Shown here: piece by piece, positions 10,954-22,610 of the stretch
Numbering within the stretch: position 1 is the stretch's first letter
Layout: every line of letters begins with the position of its first letter
NCBI GenBank assembly: GCA_000002455.1
Contig: DQ158857.1
Span: 60,001-92,000 of the forward strand
Source of the DNA: Bigelowiella natans nucleomorph
Lineage: Eukaryota > Protista > Cercozoa
DNA length: 32,000 bases
Direction: 5' to 3'
The notes under the pieces: generated by a model
Seen by the model: the letters and a program-made list of their open reading frames with translations, nothing else
Databases searched by the model: none
Told to the model about the DNA's origin: nothing
Made by a program: the position numbers and the translations under genes

Positions 10954-11213
10954 ATAAAATACAATAATCGGGTAAGTTTTCAATTTAGTACTAAAGAGTA
11001 AGTAGTTTTACTTAAAATACAAAAATGCTAAAAAAAGTATAAACAAAAAAGTAGATCCTTTAAATTAGTTACTAAATGAGATAATTACGGAACTTTAATT
11101 AGATTATGGTTTGATTCAACCAACTTAGTTACTGTTTATTCAGAGTTGACTGCACAGTAAAAAAGAGATCGAAGCTTGTTAGTTCTACATAATGTTTGTT
11201 TTTAGTTATTAAA

Positions 11214-13257
11214 ATGAAGATAGAAAAAACAAGTAATTTTGCTCCAATAAATCTACTATATAAAAAAAAAACAAGCTTTAATAGCAGAGGTATATTTTTG
11301 ATAATAGCGTTTAATAACTCCAGTTTTAATCTTATTTACAAAAATAACAATAAAAGCTATAAGAGTACAAGATTAAATACAATACTTAGAAAAAAAAATC
11401 GTGTTATTGAACAAGTTCTGGATAAAGATATTATTGTAGTACCACTAGGAGGGTTAGGTGAAATAGGAATGAATTGTATGCTTATTGGGTCAAAAAAGCG
11501 TTTTATTCTCATAGACTGCGGTATTATGTTTACTGAGTTAATAATATTTTTATAGTTTGTCTCATTTAGGTATCCAAAAAGTCATACCAGATATCAATTT
11601 TTTAACTCATATTCAAAATTTAATAGAGGGCTTAATAATAACGCATGGCCATGAAGATCATATTGGTGCAATTAATTGGGTAAAATACTAGATTTCAGGT
11701 ATTGCCTATTTTAAGGACCGATGCTCTAGTATATACGTCAAGATTTGTTTATAATATCATTAGTAAAAGAATCGATAAGCAAAACTATTTATTTAAAAAG
11801 TTATTCAGAATATTTGATTTAAAAAAAAGATTTCAACTAGGACCATTCGAGTAAAACATTTTAAAATAGATGCGAAGCGTTTAGAGTTACTCATTCAATT
11901 CCTGATTGTTGTGGATTTGTGATAAGATCAAAATATGGATTAATAGTTCACACTGGCGATTGGAAAATTGATGAGTTTCCTCTCGATGGAGAAAAATTTG
12001 ATAGAGAATTTCTTGAATCTATTTCTAAAGAGAAAGTTTTATTAATGATGAGCGATTCGACAAATTCTCTTTCTCATGGTAGGACCGCTAGTGAAAAAGT
12101 TGTGCAAGATTCATTGGTTTCTATAATAACTAACCCCAAGATAAAAGGTAGAATTATTACTACTCAATTTGCTTCTAATGTTTTTAGGTTGAGTTATCTT
12201 TAATAGACTTTACTCTATCAAAAAAGCTGCTGATATCAGTAAAAAAAAGATTTGCTTTCTAGGTACAAGTTTAAATTCATATCTCGACGCATCTTTATTA
12301 GACGGGCGAGCTCCTTTTCATCCTTCAGAGTTAGTTCAAGAATCCGAATTAAAAAATATCGATCCTGACAAAATAATTATTGTTACAACTGGTAGTCAGG
12401 GAGAAGCTAGATCTACTTTAAATCTATCATCTCTAGATCTTAGTCCAAGACTTTCTCTCAATCCGTATGACACAATAATATACTCGGCAAAAATTATACC
12501 AGGTACTGAAACATAGTTTAGGAAACGATAAAAAAGTCGTAAGAATGCTCAATAGAATTTCTAGTCATGGCTGTAAGATAATTTATGGAAATCAAGCTAA
12601 AATTCATACCTCAGGTCATGCCTATGAAGATGAATTAAAAGAAATTCTTAAAATAGTAAAACCCTCTTACTTTTTACCTGTACATGGAGAATTAATCTCT
12701 CTAAATGTTCACTCCTCGATAGCTCTACAAAACTGCGGAATTAAAAATACTATTGTGATGAGAAATGGACAAGTATTAAGTTTAGAATCTGATAATCAAA
12801 ACCCACTAGGTTTCAAATTATTTAATTTATCAGGAGAGATTAATTTGGTAAATCACTATAATACTGGTATTAATAGTACTTAAAGGTAGTTCTATTTTGG
12901 GAAGTTATGCTGATATAGGTATAAGCGATAAGATCAAAATTTCTAACGAAGGAATAATTTTAATTTCTCTTGAATTTGTTAGAATCAAAGAATCGGATAC
13001 ATACGTCAGCTTTAAATCAAAATTGAGGATTTCATCTCGAGGTTAAAGGATCTTTTATAGGAATTTGGATTGATAGAGGTAAACTAAATTTTATTATAAA
13101 AAAACTATTATTTAACATATTGAATAAATGTCGAACCAACATATCCATAATATCCTTAGAACAAATTATTTCAGAAACAATGAATTATTCATGCTATAAA
13201 ATAAATCGTTCTAATCCTGAGATAATAGTATATGCTAATGAATTAACTAATATATAA
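11214..13257 (+). CDS. rnj: Plastid ribonuclease J (metallo-beta-lactamase/beta-CASP), ~636 aa
   Basis: Seven 19-nt introns (11537-55, 11680-98, 11851-69, 12188-206, 12503-21, 12867-85, 13042-60). Motifs [42 protein letters not shown] and PVHGE. K/N/S-rich N-terminal extension. Confidence 0.95.
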
Positions 13258-13273
13258 TAAAATTCGTAGTACA

Positions 13274-13538
13274 TTAAAATTTTGACATCAAAGTAGAAAG
13301 TACAGCGTTTGTAAAACCCTTTTATTGGTATTTTTACTTGTGAACGAATAGATGTAGCAATAACAATGGCTATTATTCGTTTATTAAGTTCTTTTCTCGT
13401 ATTTAAACATCTTATATTAATAATAAGATGTCCTTTACTATTTGGTTCAATAATCTTTTTTGTCCAAGAACTTTAAAAATTTTAATACCAGTATAACGGA
13501 ACATAACTATCTATAAACAAACCGTGATTGTTAAACAT
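13274..13538 (-). CDS. rps21: 40S ribosomal protein S21 (eS21)
   Basis: Two introns (18 and 19 nt). MFNNHGLFIDSYVPLYCSWTKKII...IRSQGFTNAVL matches the eS21 pattern. Absent from the ORF track. Confidence 0.88.
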
Positions 13539-13634
13539 ATTTAATAATCCCTAAAAGTTTCATTTTTGTTTTGAAAAATACAATATCAGCAATCAAGATA
13601 TTTAGGTATATACATTTAATTTAAACACAATTCC

Positions 13635-13954
13635 ATGAACAAAGTTATAAACTAATTTAAAGTTAGGCTCATTCTTAGATTTATCAAATCCTTCAAAGAA
13701 GACAGAGGCTAAAAAACACAAACTAAAAAGGTTAATACAGAGTCCTAATTCTCATTATATAGCTACTAAATGCTTAAAATGTAAAAAAATGTGATTAAAT
13801 TAATAATAGAAATATTATCTTTTCACATAGTGTTTTCTGGAAAACTTGCGTCGATTGCTCAACATTATTAACTAGACCGAGTGGAGGGAAATTTAAATCT
13901 TCTAAAAGTATGCAAATCGTTAAAAGACTGCTTAATTATCAAAGAATTCTATAA
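13635..13954 (+). CDS. rps27: 40S ribosomal protein S27 (eS27)
   Basis: Two 19-nt introns. DLSNPS..EAKKHKLKRLIQSPNS, CLKC...IFSHS...CVDC...PSGGK. Confidence 0.93.
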
Positions 13955-13974
13955 AATTTGGTAAATCTAGATTA

Positions 13975-15277
13975 CTATTCTTCATAATCTGAAAATAAAT
14001 AATTTGATGTATTAAATTGTAACTTTTTTAAGGCTTTAATTTCTATTTGTCTAGCTCTTTCTCTGGTTACCTATTAAAATAATAAATACATTTAGATATT
14101 CACCAATTTCTTCTAACGTTCTCTCATTACCATCATCTAAACCGTATCTCAGACGAATAACAGCAGACTCTCGATCACTTAAAGTCAACAAAGCCTTGTT
14201 TAAATCTTGCTTAAGCGATTTTTCAATTGCATAAACTTCAGAATTAATAACTTTAGAATCCTATTGTAATTTAGAAAACTTCAATTGAATCATTTAACAT
14301 ATTACTGTCATTTGAATCATTTTCAATCAACGAATCTAATGAAATCAAATCATTACAAGATAAAAGCAATTTTCTTAACTTTTTCAAAGGAATCCCTATT
14401 AACAAAGAAATTTCTTCTTCAGTTGGATATCTTTTCTTATCTTCATAAAATTTATTTTTTATTTTATTAATCTAAAAAAGCAAATTTACTTTTGATAAAA
14501 TCTCTTTCACATAAACTGGTAATCTAATTATTCTTGACTGATCATCGATAGACCTAGAGATAGATTGTCTGATCCACCAATGAGCATATGTTGAAAATTT
14601 ATGTCCTTTGGAAAAATCATACTTTCTAATTCCCTTCATTAACCCTAAAATACCCTCTGCTATTAAGTCCTCAAAGGAAAGCCCACATCCATTATACCTT
14701 TTTGCTATTGATATTATTAATTTAAGACTTCTTTTTATCAAAATTTCTTTTGATATCTTACCAATGGCGAGTCTCTCTTTTATTTCACTTGTTAAATCTA
14801 TTATACCTTTTGTCTTTTTGAGAATATTTTACAAAGAAATCTATTGTTGGATAAAATCCTAGTTTATTTTCAAGCTTTAAAAATAAATCCTCCCATCTTA
14901 ACAAATCCTTAACCCATTCCATAATTATTGATTCATTAGTACTTGTATTATTTTTATTCTAAATATTTTATGCTAACTTTATGTTTTAAATTTATTTTCT
15001 TTTTATTTAGTTCATCAATATACGAAAAATCAACTATTTGTTTATCAAATAAATTATCTAAATCTAAACATTATATTTTTTACTATTTTTATAATTATTA
15101 ACACTGGAAGCCTTTCTATTTTCATAAGCCTTTTTATAAATTTGTAACTTTAGAAATGCTATTTTTTAATGGCTGAGAATATCGGTTAATATTTTTTATA
15201 TTGTAATTATTTTCTAAAGTCATAGAAGTGTTATTTAGCATTTTTTTTAGCTTAATAATTTTAACAGAATTCTTCAT
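13975..15277 (-). CDS. rpoD: Plastid RNA polymerase sigma-70 factor
   Basis: Region 2 FEDLIAEGILGLMKGIRKYD..KGHKFSTYAHWWIRQSI and region 4 LRYGLDDGNERTLEEIG...VTRERARQIE, joined by several short introns. 5' exons are approximate. Confidence 0.92.
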
Positions 15278-15339
15278 TTATTTTATGATTCAATATATAA
15301 ATCTTCTTTAAAATAATACTTGTTCCAAGACACTACTAT

Positions 15340-18300
15340 ATGATTAACTTAGCTAGGGATAAAAGTTTTTCTATAATCCTAAATATTCTTAACATAGTTA
15401 AAAAGTATTCGAAAAAAAATTCGATAAGAAACACATTATTAATAATAAAAAGCATTAAAAAGTTTAAAGATAAGACTATTGATATTAATCTTCTAAGATT
15501 AACTTTATCTAAAATAATTGGCAATATAATAACAGTTGATTGCCAAAAATTATTATTACTTGCTAAGAAAATTTTGAACTATGAAATAAAAGAATCAAGT
15601 GCATCAAACTCAAACATAAACTTTGATAAAAAAAATGTAACAATGAAAAAATTTGTAGAAGATGACTTCACAAATGTTCTTAAAATAGAGTCAAATAACT
15701 CTCATTTATCAAAGCAACTAGATAATATCGACAAACATAGTTCTAATTCACTGGCTTCTTCAATCAACAATTTAGGATTTAATAATTTAGATTTAATAGC
15801 ATTTTTAAATAAAAAAGCTGATTTATCTAATTCAATAATAGAGCTTTTCTTAAATTTAAAACAAGGTAGTTCAATAGCAAAGGGCTTGAAAAATCTAATA
15901 AAAAAAGATAAAAAAGTATTTATTTTCTTGCGTAAAGCTATTGATGATATGAAAAATCGCAAAAATTTAGTCAAGAACAACTATTATAATGATGTAAAAT
16001 GGAACGAAAGACTTTTTAATCTAAATGATTTAGAAAAGTCTAATTCTCTGGATAATTCTAAGTTTAATAGTCAATTACAAATTCCGCAAAACAGTTTTAA
16101 GATTTACAATGATTTATACGAAGAAATTTGTATTGAACCTAAACAAAATATAGCTAAATTTAATAAAGGATCCCTCATTTCGCTATCCCGATTACCAAAA
16201 TGGATTAATAAAACTCTTTCAAATATTAATAAATTTAATGCTATGCAAAGCAAAGTATACCCTATGGCTATTTTACATGATGACAATATATTCGTATCTG
16301 CACCAACTGGGTCAGGAAAAACCCTGATCGCATATTTTTGCATTCTAAAAGTCATTAAGCAATCCTCTTTATCCTTGTATGATGAAAGAAAAAGAATGAT
16401 ATTGAAAGTTGTTTACTTAGCTCCAATGAAGGCTTTAATCCGAGAATTAAATGATTATTTTAAAAAATTACTCACTTTCTATAAATTAGATACGTTAAAA
16501 ATGATTAGTGATACTTTTGTACCACTTTCACAAGTTAAAAAAACTTTTATGATAATAACTACACCTGAGAAACTTGATATCATTACAAGAAAATCCTATA
16601 ATGAAATTTTATTGAATTGTTTAAAGTTGTTAATAATCGATGAACTTCATTTACTACACTATTTAAGAGGTAATGTGATCGAAAGATTAATTGCAAGAAT
16701 TTTCGTTCATAATTCATATAATAATAAAAAAATTAGATTATTAGGACTATCAGCTACTTTTCCAAATTTTATTGATGCAGCTAAATTATTAAGGGTCAAT
16801 ATTGATAGAAGTTTATTTGCTTTTGATCAAAGTTTCAGAACAATACCAATAAAATATTCAATTATAGGCATAAAAAAAACAGAAAATAGTAATCAAGCGA
16901 TGCTCATAGAAAAAATCTTACTGGAAAAAACAAAAAGTATTTTTAAAAAAAAGTTTCAAACAATAATATTCGTTCATTCAAGAAAGGATTGTATAAAAAC
17001 AGCTAAAAAAATTATTGATAACAACAATATTGAAAATAATACAGAAGAAATTAAAGAAATTACTGAACAAGAATTTGTAAACGTAGAAAACAAACAAATC
17101 AATGATATATTGGGGAAAAAAATAGGTGTTCATAACGCAGGTCTTTCAGCCAAAACTAGAATACTAATTGAGGATCTGTTTTATTGCAAGAAGTTATTAT
17201 TTTTAGTTTCTACATCAACTCTTGCATGGGGGGTAAATCTTCCCGCTAAAATTGTTTTAATTAAAGGAACATCTGTTTACGATTCGTTTTTATGTAAATG
17301 GAGTGAATTAAATTTTATAGAAATACTTCAAATGTTTGGACGGGCTGGTAGACCTCAATTTGACATTCACGGAGAAGGAGTTTTATTAACAACTTCAAAC
17401 AAGGTTGGCATGTATTTAGCTTTTCTTAGTAATATGTTAAACATTGAATCTACCTTATTACATAAAATTACTGATAGTATTAATACTGAAATAACTACTG
17501 GATTAATCTACGACGAAATTTCAGGAATTAACTGGCTTTCTTTCAGTTTCTTATTTGTAAGGATTAAACGAAATCCCACTTTTTATTATCTAAAGAAAGA
17601 TCTTATCAAATCTCAAGATGGTATCGCGATTCTTAAAACAAAAATTATCAAGGCAGCAGTTAAAAAATTACAAATTTGTGGTTTCCTTCTAATACACTCT
17701 AAAAAATTTTATGAAAATACAAATTTAGGTAAAATAGCAAGTTACAACGATATCAATTTTTTGACATTTTTTCACTTATCAAATAATCTTACGACAATGT
17801 TTGACGAAGGATTATTCTTAAAGACTTTATGCTTAAGCGACGAGTTGCAAAAAATTGTCGTAAGACTAGATGAGTTTTTAGATATAAAAATGTTAGTTGA
17901 TATTATACCTATACCCTATACTATTGAAGAAAATATAAATATACTTAAAATATTTTCTTTAGCTCAAGCTTATATAGGTAGATTCTCTTTTAATGATTCT
18001 GTTTTAGCAAGTGATTCTAAATATATTCAAAAAACGATGGTAAAGATTTGTCACGGATTAATTTACTTGAGCCTATCTAAAGGAAATTCATCAGTTTTTA
18101 AGTTAAGCCTAAAATACTCAAAAATGCTAGCTTTAAGACTATGGAATATTTTACATCCTTTTAGACAATTTTCTTCGTTTCCCTTAAGACTAACTGAGGC
18201 CTTAGAAAAATATCAGCTCAGTTGTCAAAAGATAAAAAAATTTTCCCATAATGATATTAAAAAACTGACTGGAATTTCAAAGAATATTAGTTATATAAAA

Positions 18301-21018
18301 GAAATGGCTAACTATTTTCCTGATTTGAAAACTAAAGTTAAAATCTATACACTAACAAATAATTTAATAGTTCTAAATATTCAATTTTATTCAATGTTTA
18401 ATCATTCCTCTTTAATTCACGATTTAAAAGAGTACTTTTGGATTAATATTACCAACTCATCTTTCGAAGAAATTCATTTCTATGATATCTTTTATTTCAG
18501 CAGAGATAAAAAAATACAAGAGATAAGTACAATCATATCTTTAACCAATCCAATTACTCCTTACATTTTTATTAATATTAACTCTCATAAATGGCTCAAT
18601 TGTTCATTCTCTGTTCCTATAAGTATATCGAACTTAGTTTTGCCAGCTTTATTTACAAGTAGCATAAATATTCAAAAAAAGAAGTCAAAAAGTATAAAGG
18701 AATATAAAGTATTTCATTCTAAAAATTTAAGAAATACAACATATAAACCCAATCATAAAGAGTCAGATAAGTTAAAATTTCTGTATTCAACTGGCAAAAA
18801 TACGATTCTAGAAATTTCAAAAGGTGTATCAAAAACAATAATTAGCTTATATTTAATATTATTTTATTATCTTGAAAGTATTGAAGCTATTGAATCTAAA
18901 AAATTTTGCTATATTTGTGAAAGAAACGCAAATACTTTTGATGTCTTCAAAAACTTTAATAATATACTAGCAAAAAATTCAAAAAAACAACCTTGCTTTA
19001 GCCTTAAAACTGGAATTATTTTAGAACCTTATTCATATGATGATAAAGATCTCGATAAGAATATTAATATAATAGAATTAAACAATTTTTATAGTATTTC
19101 TAAAAGAAAAAATCTAAATCATAATTATCTAGCAATTATTGAAAACTCATTGACCGATTGTGGAAATCTACATCCCTTTTTAGAAGAAGTATTCTCTAAT
19201 ACATTTAACAAAAAAACTTTTACTAATAAATTTAGATACGTGGTTTTTTGTGATACTTTCTTACAATACGATTTTGTTCACAAATGGATATCTAATAAAG
19301 GATTCAATCTATTATTCAATTGGGAAATGGATTACTTTAATACAGATATTATATTGAAAAGATTATCAACTCATACATTTAATAACCAGTGTAAATTCTT
19401 GATTTTTAACTATTTTACCAATTTAAATAGATTTCCTAAAGTTCGAACACTTAATATATTTTATCTTCCGAATTATCCAAGTTTTAAATTCTTTTTATAC
19501 AATGTTCTCGAATATTTAAAATATGATAATATGATTAATACTGTATCAAAAGAATACTGCTCTCATAGCGTTAAAGAATTTCTACTTTTACAAAATATAA
19601 TAGTAGTTGATTCAGAAATTATCACTGATAATCTAAAATACAAATTTTCTTTAATATTATCAAACTATGTAAACACGATTATTTCCATTTTTTCTCCTCG
19701 ACTGAAATTTTTATTTAAATTTGATAGTTTTTATTTATTTTCAGAACAAACAAAGAAATTCGAAATATCTAAAATAAAATTAAATTTTCTCAATTATTTC
19801 GTGAATCGTATAAGAGAAAAAACTAAAAAATTAAATCCTTCAGCCATTTACACTGATAATTTGAGTAAACAGCTAATAAAACAATACTTAGGAAAATCTA
19901 ATCTTATTGAAAGCGATCTCCTTAAATATATTGATCAAAACATAGCTATCAAATTATTGAACCAGAATCAACTCAAAATTCAAGCTTTACTGTACTTTTT
20001 TAACTCTACTTTTTTATACACAGCTTTGCTACGAAATCCTAATTATTATGGAATTACAAATAATAATCGCTATACTATAAGTTTATTTTTCAGCTCGATA
20101 GTTGAGAACATTTTAACAAAATTAATAAAATCTAGAGTAATATATATTGATAAATCGAATAATATTATACCTTTACATCTTGCTTTGATAATACTGAAAA
20201 GCAAAGAAAGCTATTCATCAATAATTTATCTTGCGAAAAATTTATTTAAAACAAGCACATTCACTGATATACTCGTTCTTATTTGCAAAGCTATTAATTT
20301 TAAGAACACTCAAAATCTATTTACAGTAGACTTAAATATTAAAACTAGTCCTTTTGCTTCTCAAAAAACTGTTTTTCATAATTCGATCTCTTTTATGTTA
20401 AAACATTTTAAACGAAATTTTATAGCAAATGAAAAACTTATTGACTATTTTAAACTAATAAAAAACTTTAGAGAATTATTAACTATTTGTATAGAAATCG
20501 CATTAAGTTTTAGTACACTTGATAAACTCTTAAACTTAATAGAAATAAATCAGTTATTTCAACAAGCTACCCTAAAAGCATTTTCAAGGAATATAACCCA
20601 AACTATGTCACTAAGAAATTCTTATATTTACGATTATGAAGAAAATAAAATACTTTTCAAACATGATAATAAAAATATATTTAATAAAATTAAACGGATA
20701 TTACACATCTTTTCTAATTCTCAATCGATTCATATATTTTTTACAAAAATCGGTGATCAAAAGGAAAGTATATTAAACATAAATATAAATCACAATGAAA
20801 TCGGTCAAAAAAGTTCAATCTTTGAAAAGAATATAAATAATAAAGAATGCTGGTTAATTTTATTTGAATCAAAAGCCAAAAAAATTATTTTCTGTAGAAA
20901 AATACATAAGCATTATCATACCAGATTAATTGCTCTTTTAAAAGAAGATTTACCAAATTTACAATTAATATATATTCAAAATTCTAGCATTGGGAAGGAT
21001 ATTTCGTTAGTTATTTAA
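15340..21018 (+). CDS. brr2: U5 snRNP 200-kDa Ski2-like helicase Brr2
   Basis: 1892-aa ORF with APTGSGKT, TTPEKLD, IIDELH, GLSAT, TLAWGVNLPA and QMFGRAGRPQFD, a Sec63 unit, then a degenerate second cassette (RNPNYY retained). Confidence 0.93.
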   Translation: MINLARDKSFSIILNILNIVKKYSKKNSIRNTLLIIKSIKKFKDKTIDINLLRLTLSKIIGNIITVDCQKLLLLAKKILNYEIKESSASNSNINFDKKNVTMKKFVEDDFTNVLKIESNNSHLSKQLDNIDKHSSNSLASSINNLGFNNLDLIAFLNKKADLSNSIIELFLNLKQGSSIAKGLKNLIKKDKKVFIFLRKAIDDMKNRKNLVKNNYYNDVKWNERLFNLNDLEKSNSLDNSKFNSQLQIPQNSFKIYNDLYEEICIEPKQNIAKFNKGSLISLSRLPKWINKTLSNINKFNAMQSKVYPMAILHDDNIFVSAPTGSGKTLIAYFCILKVIKQSSLSLYDERKRMILKVVYLAPMKALIRELNDYFKKLLTFYKLDTLKMISDTFVPLSQVKKTFMIITTPEKLDIITRKSYNEILLNCLKLLIIDELHLLHYLRGNVIERLIARIFVHNSYNNKKIRLLGLSATFPNFIDAAKLLRVNIDRSLFAFDQSFRTIPIKYSIIGIKKTENSNQAMLIEKILLEKTKSIFKKKFQTIIFVHSRKDCIKTAKKIIDNNNIENNTEEIKEITEQEFVNVENKQINDILGKKIGVHNAGLSAKTRILIEDLFYCKKLLFLVSTSTLAWGVNLPAKIVLIKGTSVYDSFLCKWSELNFIEILQMFGRAGRPQFDIHGEGVLLTTSNKVGMYLAFLSNMLNIESTLLHKITDSINTEITTGLIYDEISGINWLSFSFLFVRIKRNPTFYYLKKDLIKSQDGIAILKTKIIKAAVKKLQICGFLLIHSKKFYENTNLGKIASYNDINFLTFFHLSNNLTTMFDEGLFLKTLCLSDELQKIVVRLDEFLDIKMLVDIIPIPYTIEENINILKIFSLAQAYIGRFSFNDSVLASDSKYIQKTMVKICHGLIYLSLSKGNSSVFKLSLKYSKMLALRLWNILHPFRQFSSFPLRLTEALEKYQLSCQKIKKFSHNDIKKLTGISKNISYIKEMANYFPDLKTKVKIYTLTNNLIVLNIQFYSMFNHSSLIHDLKEYFWINITNSSFEEIHFYDIFYFSRDKKIQEISTIISLTNPITPYIFININSHKWLNCSFSVPISISNLVLPALFTSSINIQKKKSKSIKEYKVFHSKNLRNTTYKPNHKESDKLKFLYSTGKNTILEISKGVSKTIISLYLILFYYLESIEAIESKKFCYICERNANTFDVFKNFNNILAKNSKKQPCFSLKTGIILEPYSYDDKDLDKNINIIELNNFYSISKRKNLNHNYLAIIENSLTDCGNLHPFLEEVFSNTFNKKTFTNKFRYVVFCDTFLQYDFVHKWISNKGFNLLFNWEMDYFNTDIILKRLSTHTFNNQCKFLIFNYFTNLNRFPKVRTLNIFYLPNYPSFKFFLYNVLEYLKYDNMINTVSKEYCSHSVKEFLLLQNIIVVDSEIITDNLKYKFSLILSNYVNTIISIFSPRLKFLFKFDSFYLFSEQTKKFEISKIKLNFLNYFVNRIREKTKKLNPSAIYTDNLSKQLIKQYLGKSNLIESDLLKYIDQNIAIKLLNQNQLKIQALLYFFNSTFLYTALLRNPNYYGITNNNRYTISLFFSSIVENILTKLIKSRVIYIDKSNNIIPLHLALIILKSKESYSSIIYLAKNLFKTSTFTDILVLICKAINFKNTQNLFTVDLNIKTSPFASQKTVFHNSISFMLKHFKRNFIANEKLIDYFKLIKNFRELLTICIEIALSFSTLDKLLNLIEINQLFQQATLKAFSRNITQTMSLRNSYIYDYEENKILFKHDNKNIFNKIKRILHIFSNSQSIHIFFTKIGDQKESILNININHNEIGQKSSIFEKNINNKECWLILFESKAKKIIFCRKIHKHYHTRLIALLKEDLPNLQLIYIQNSSIGKDISLVI

Positions 21019-21282
21019 TACATCTATTTCTTATAGAAGAATTAAATTAGATTTACAAATTAGATTATATAAATAATTATATTACTAAAATAAAACTAAA
21101 TATTTGTTTTTTCATACAATAACTTAAGTTCTTTAATACTCATATTAGCCTTAATAACACTATTTATCAAGTAAAAGACTATTAGGAAATAAAAAAATTT
21201 ACTCAAACGTAAGTTTATAAAATTATTTTAAAACGTCACAATAATAATAATAATAAAAACTCTTTACTAAAAAATTATTAAA

Positions 21283-21531
21283 TCAATATCTTAATTTCGT
21301 TAGAATTAAAAGCTTATATTTATTTAATATAACTCTCATCTGAATCAAAGAATTCTTACCTTATAATGATATACTTGCTCGACGATATTTGTAAAATTTA
21401 AATTTTTTATTAAAACCTGCATATTTAGGAAATTATGTATTTTTATTATTACTCTGTGATGGCCATTAAACCTAATCAAAAATAATTAACACCGTACTTA
21501 ATAAATAGGATTTTTTGATTATATTGTACAT
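21283..21531 (-). CDS. Possible small hypothetical protein
   Basis: ATG 21531 is open to TGA 21283 after removing 19- and 20-nt introns. May extend toward 21020. No motif. Confidence 0.3.
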
Positions 21532-21576
21532 AGTAATAAAATTAATAAATTCAATTATTATGAGGATAATATTTCA

Positions 21577-21935
21577 ATGGTATTTCCTAATTTTGAGGAT
21601 AAAAATAAAAAAATTATAAGTAATAATCTAGTTTACGGATATCTTGAAAAAACAAATTCATTAAAATCAAAGTTCTATAAATAATAAAGATTAATTACGA
21701 AAAAACATTTGAGTATCAAACAAAATATATTCAAGCTCAGCAAATTTGATTGTACTGTATTTATAATTATTATAAGATTTGTAAATGTTATCTCTGGGAT
21801 TCAGACTCATTTCTTAAACATCTAACTGGAAAAAAACATAAAAGAAATATCTTAAAGTTTTCAAAATTGAAGAAAAAGACGAATAATTTAAATGTAAATT
21901 ATTTTTAATAGATAATTAAGAAATATTTGAAATAA
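21577..21935 (+). CDS. snu23: Snu23/ZMAT2-like matrin zinc-finger spliceosomal protein
   Basis: After removing 18- and 20-nt introns: FDCTICKCYLWDSDSFLKHLTGKKHKRN, matching Snu23 YC.VC.C..KDS..FLDH.NGKKHQR. Ends at 21908 if the last 18-nt intron is not used. Confidence 0.8.
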
Positions 21936-21939
21936 ATAA

Positions 21940-22590
21940 AAATTCCTAATCTTAAGATCCTTTCAGTATTGTTTCGAAATATTTATTTTTTTTATCCTAT
22001 ACTAATACCTTTACTTCCAATACCCAATAGGTTTTTAATTTGTTAAAATTCTTTTTTGGATAGGGTACCGAATTTGAAGCCATTTTTAGTAAAGAAATGT
22101 TTTTTTTCCTCTTTATACAGCCTTGAGAAGATATCTTTCCAAATACTTTACCCTATTTATTACTTTAATACCTTTCTTGCCTTTCTTTTATTTTTTCGTT
22201 TACTAACCTTTGTAATTACAACAATGTGTTTTTTATCGTTTTTAAACCCATATTTTTTACTTAAATCAATACGTAAGGGTTTTTTTAAAACTTTATTTTT
22301 TTTTATGTCTTTTAATTTCATACTTCTAATTTTTTGAATAATTTTAATAATTTTTCCATTTTTAGCTCTCCAGAGCTTACTTACAATCTAAATAAGTTAA
22401 TTCTACTCTTGCTAGATTCATTACTAAGTCTATTACAATAGTTACCTTCACGATATTTAAAGCTTGTTAATAAGCTAAAAAAACTTTTATATCGTTTATA
22501 TTTGTATAATTCTAGAGGTCTTGAATGAATTATTACAAGCTTAAACTTTTTAAAATATTAATTAAAAGAATGCTCTTATAATAAAATTAA
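21940..22590 (-). CDS. Lys-rich intron-containing hypothetical protein, boundaries unresolved
   Basis: Long A-rich open stretches with candidate short introns on the minus strand. Exon chain not fully solved. Confidence 0.35.
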
Positions 22591-22610
22591 ATCTTATTAG
22601 TTATAGTAGA

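Noticed and set aside
11105-11185. Permuted tRNA on the minus strand (TTCGATC before AGTTGGTT)
   Set aside because: No convincing T, D or acceptor stems, and a T6 terminator-like run lies between the halves.
9014-15277. Bacterial or plastid-genome origin suggested by clpP, rnj and rpoD
   Set aside because: rnj and rpoD carry spliceosomal introns, and all three sit among eukaryote-specific ribosomal and spliceosomal genes.
9417-16355. ORFs 9417-9641, 14285-14470, 14608-14862, 15336-15524, 15702-15980 and 16104-16355
   Set aside because: Antisense to clpP, rpoD and brr2, with no motifs of their own.
21240-21256. (AAT)n microsatellite
   Set aside because: Short and expected at this AT content.
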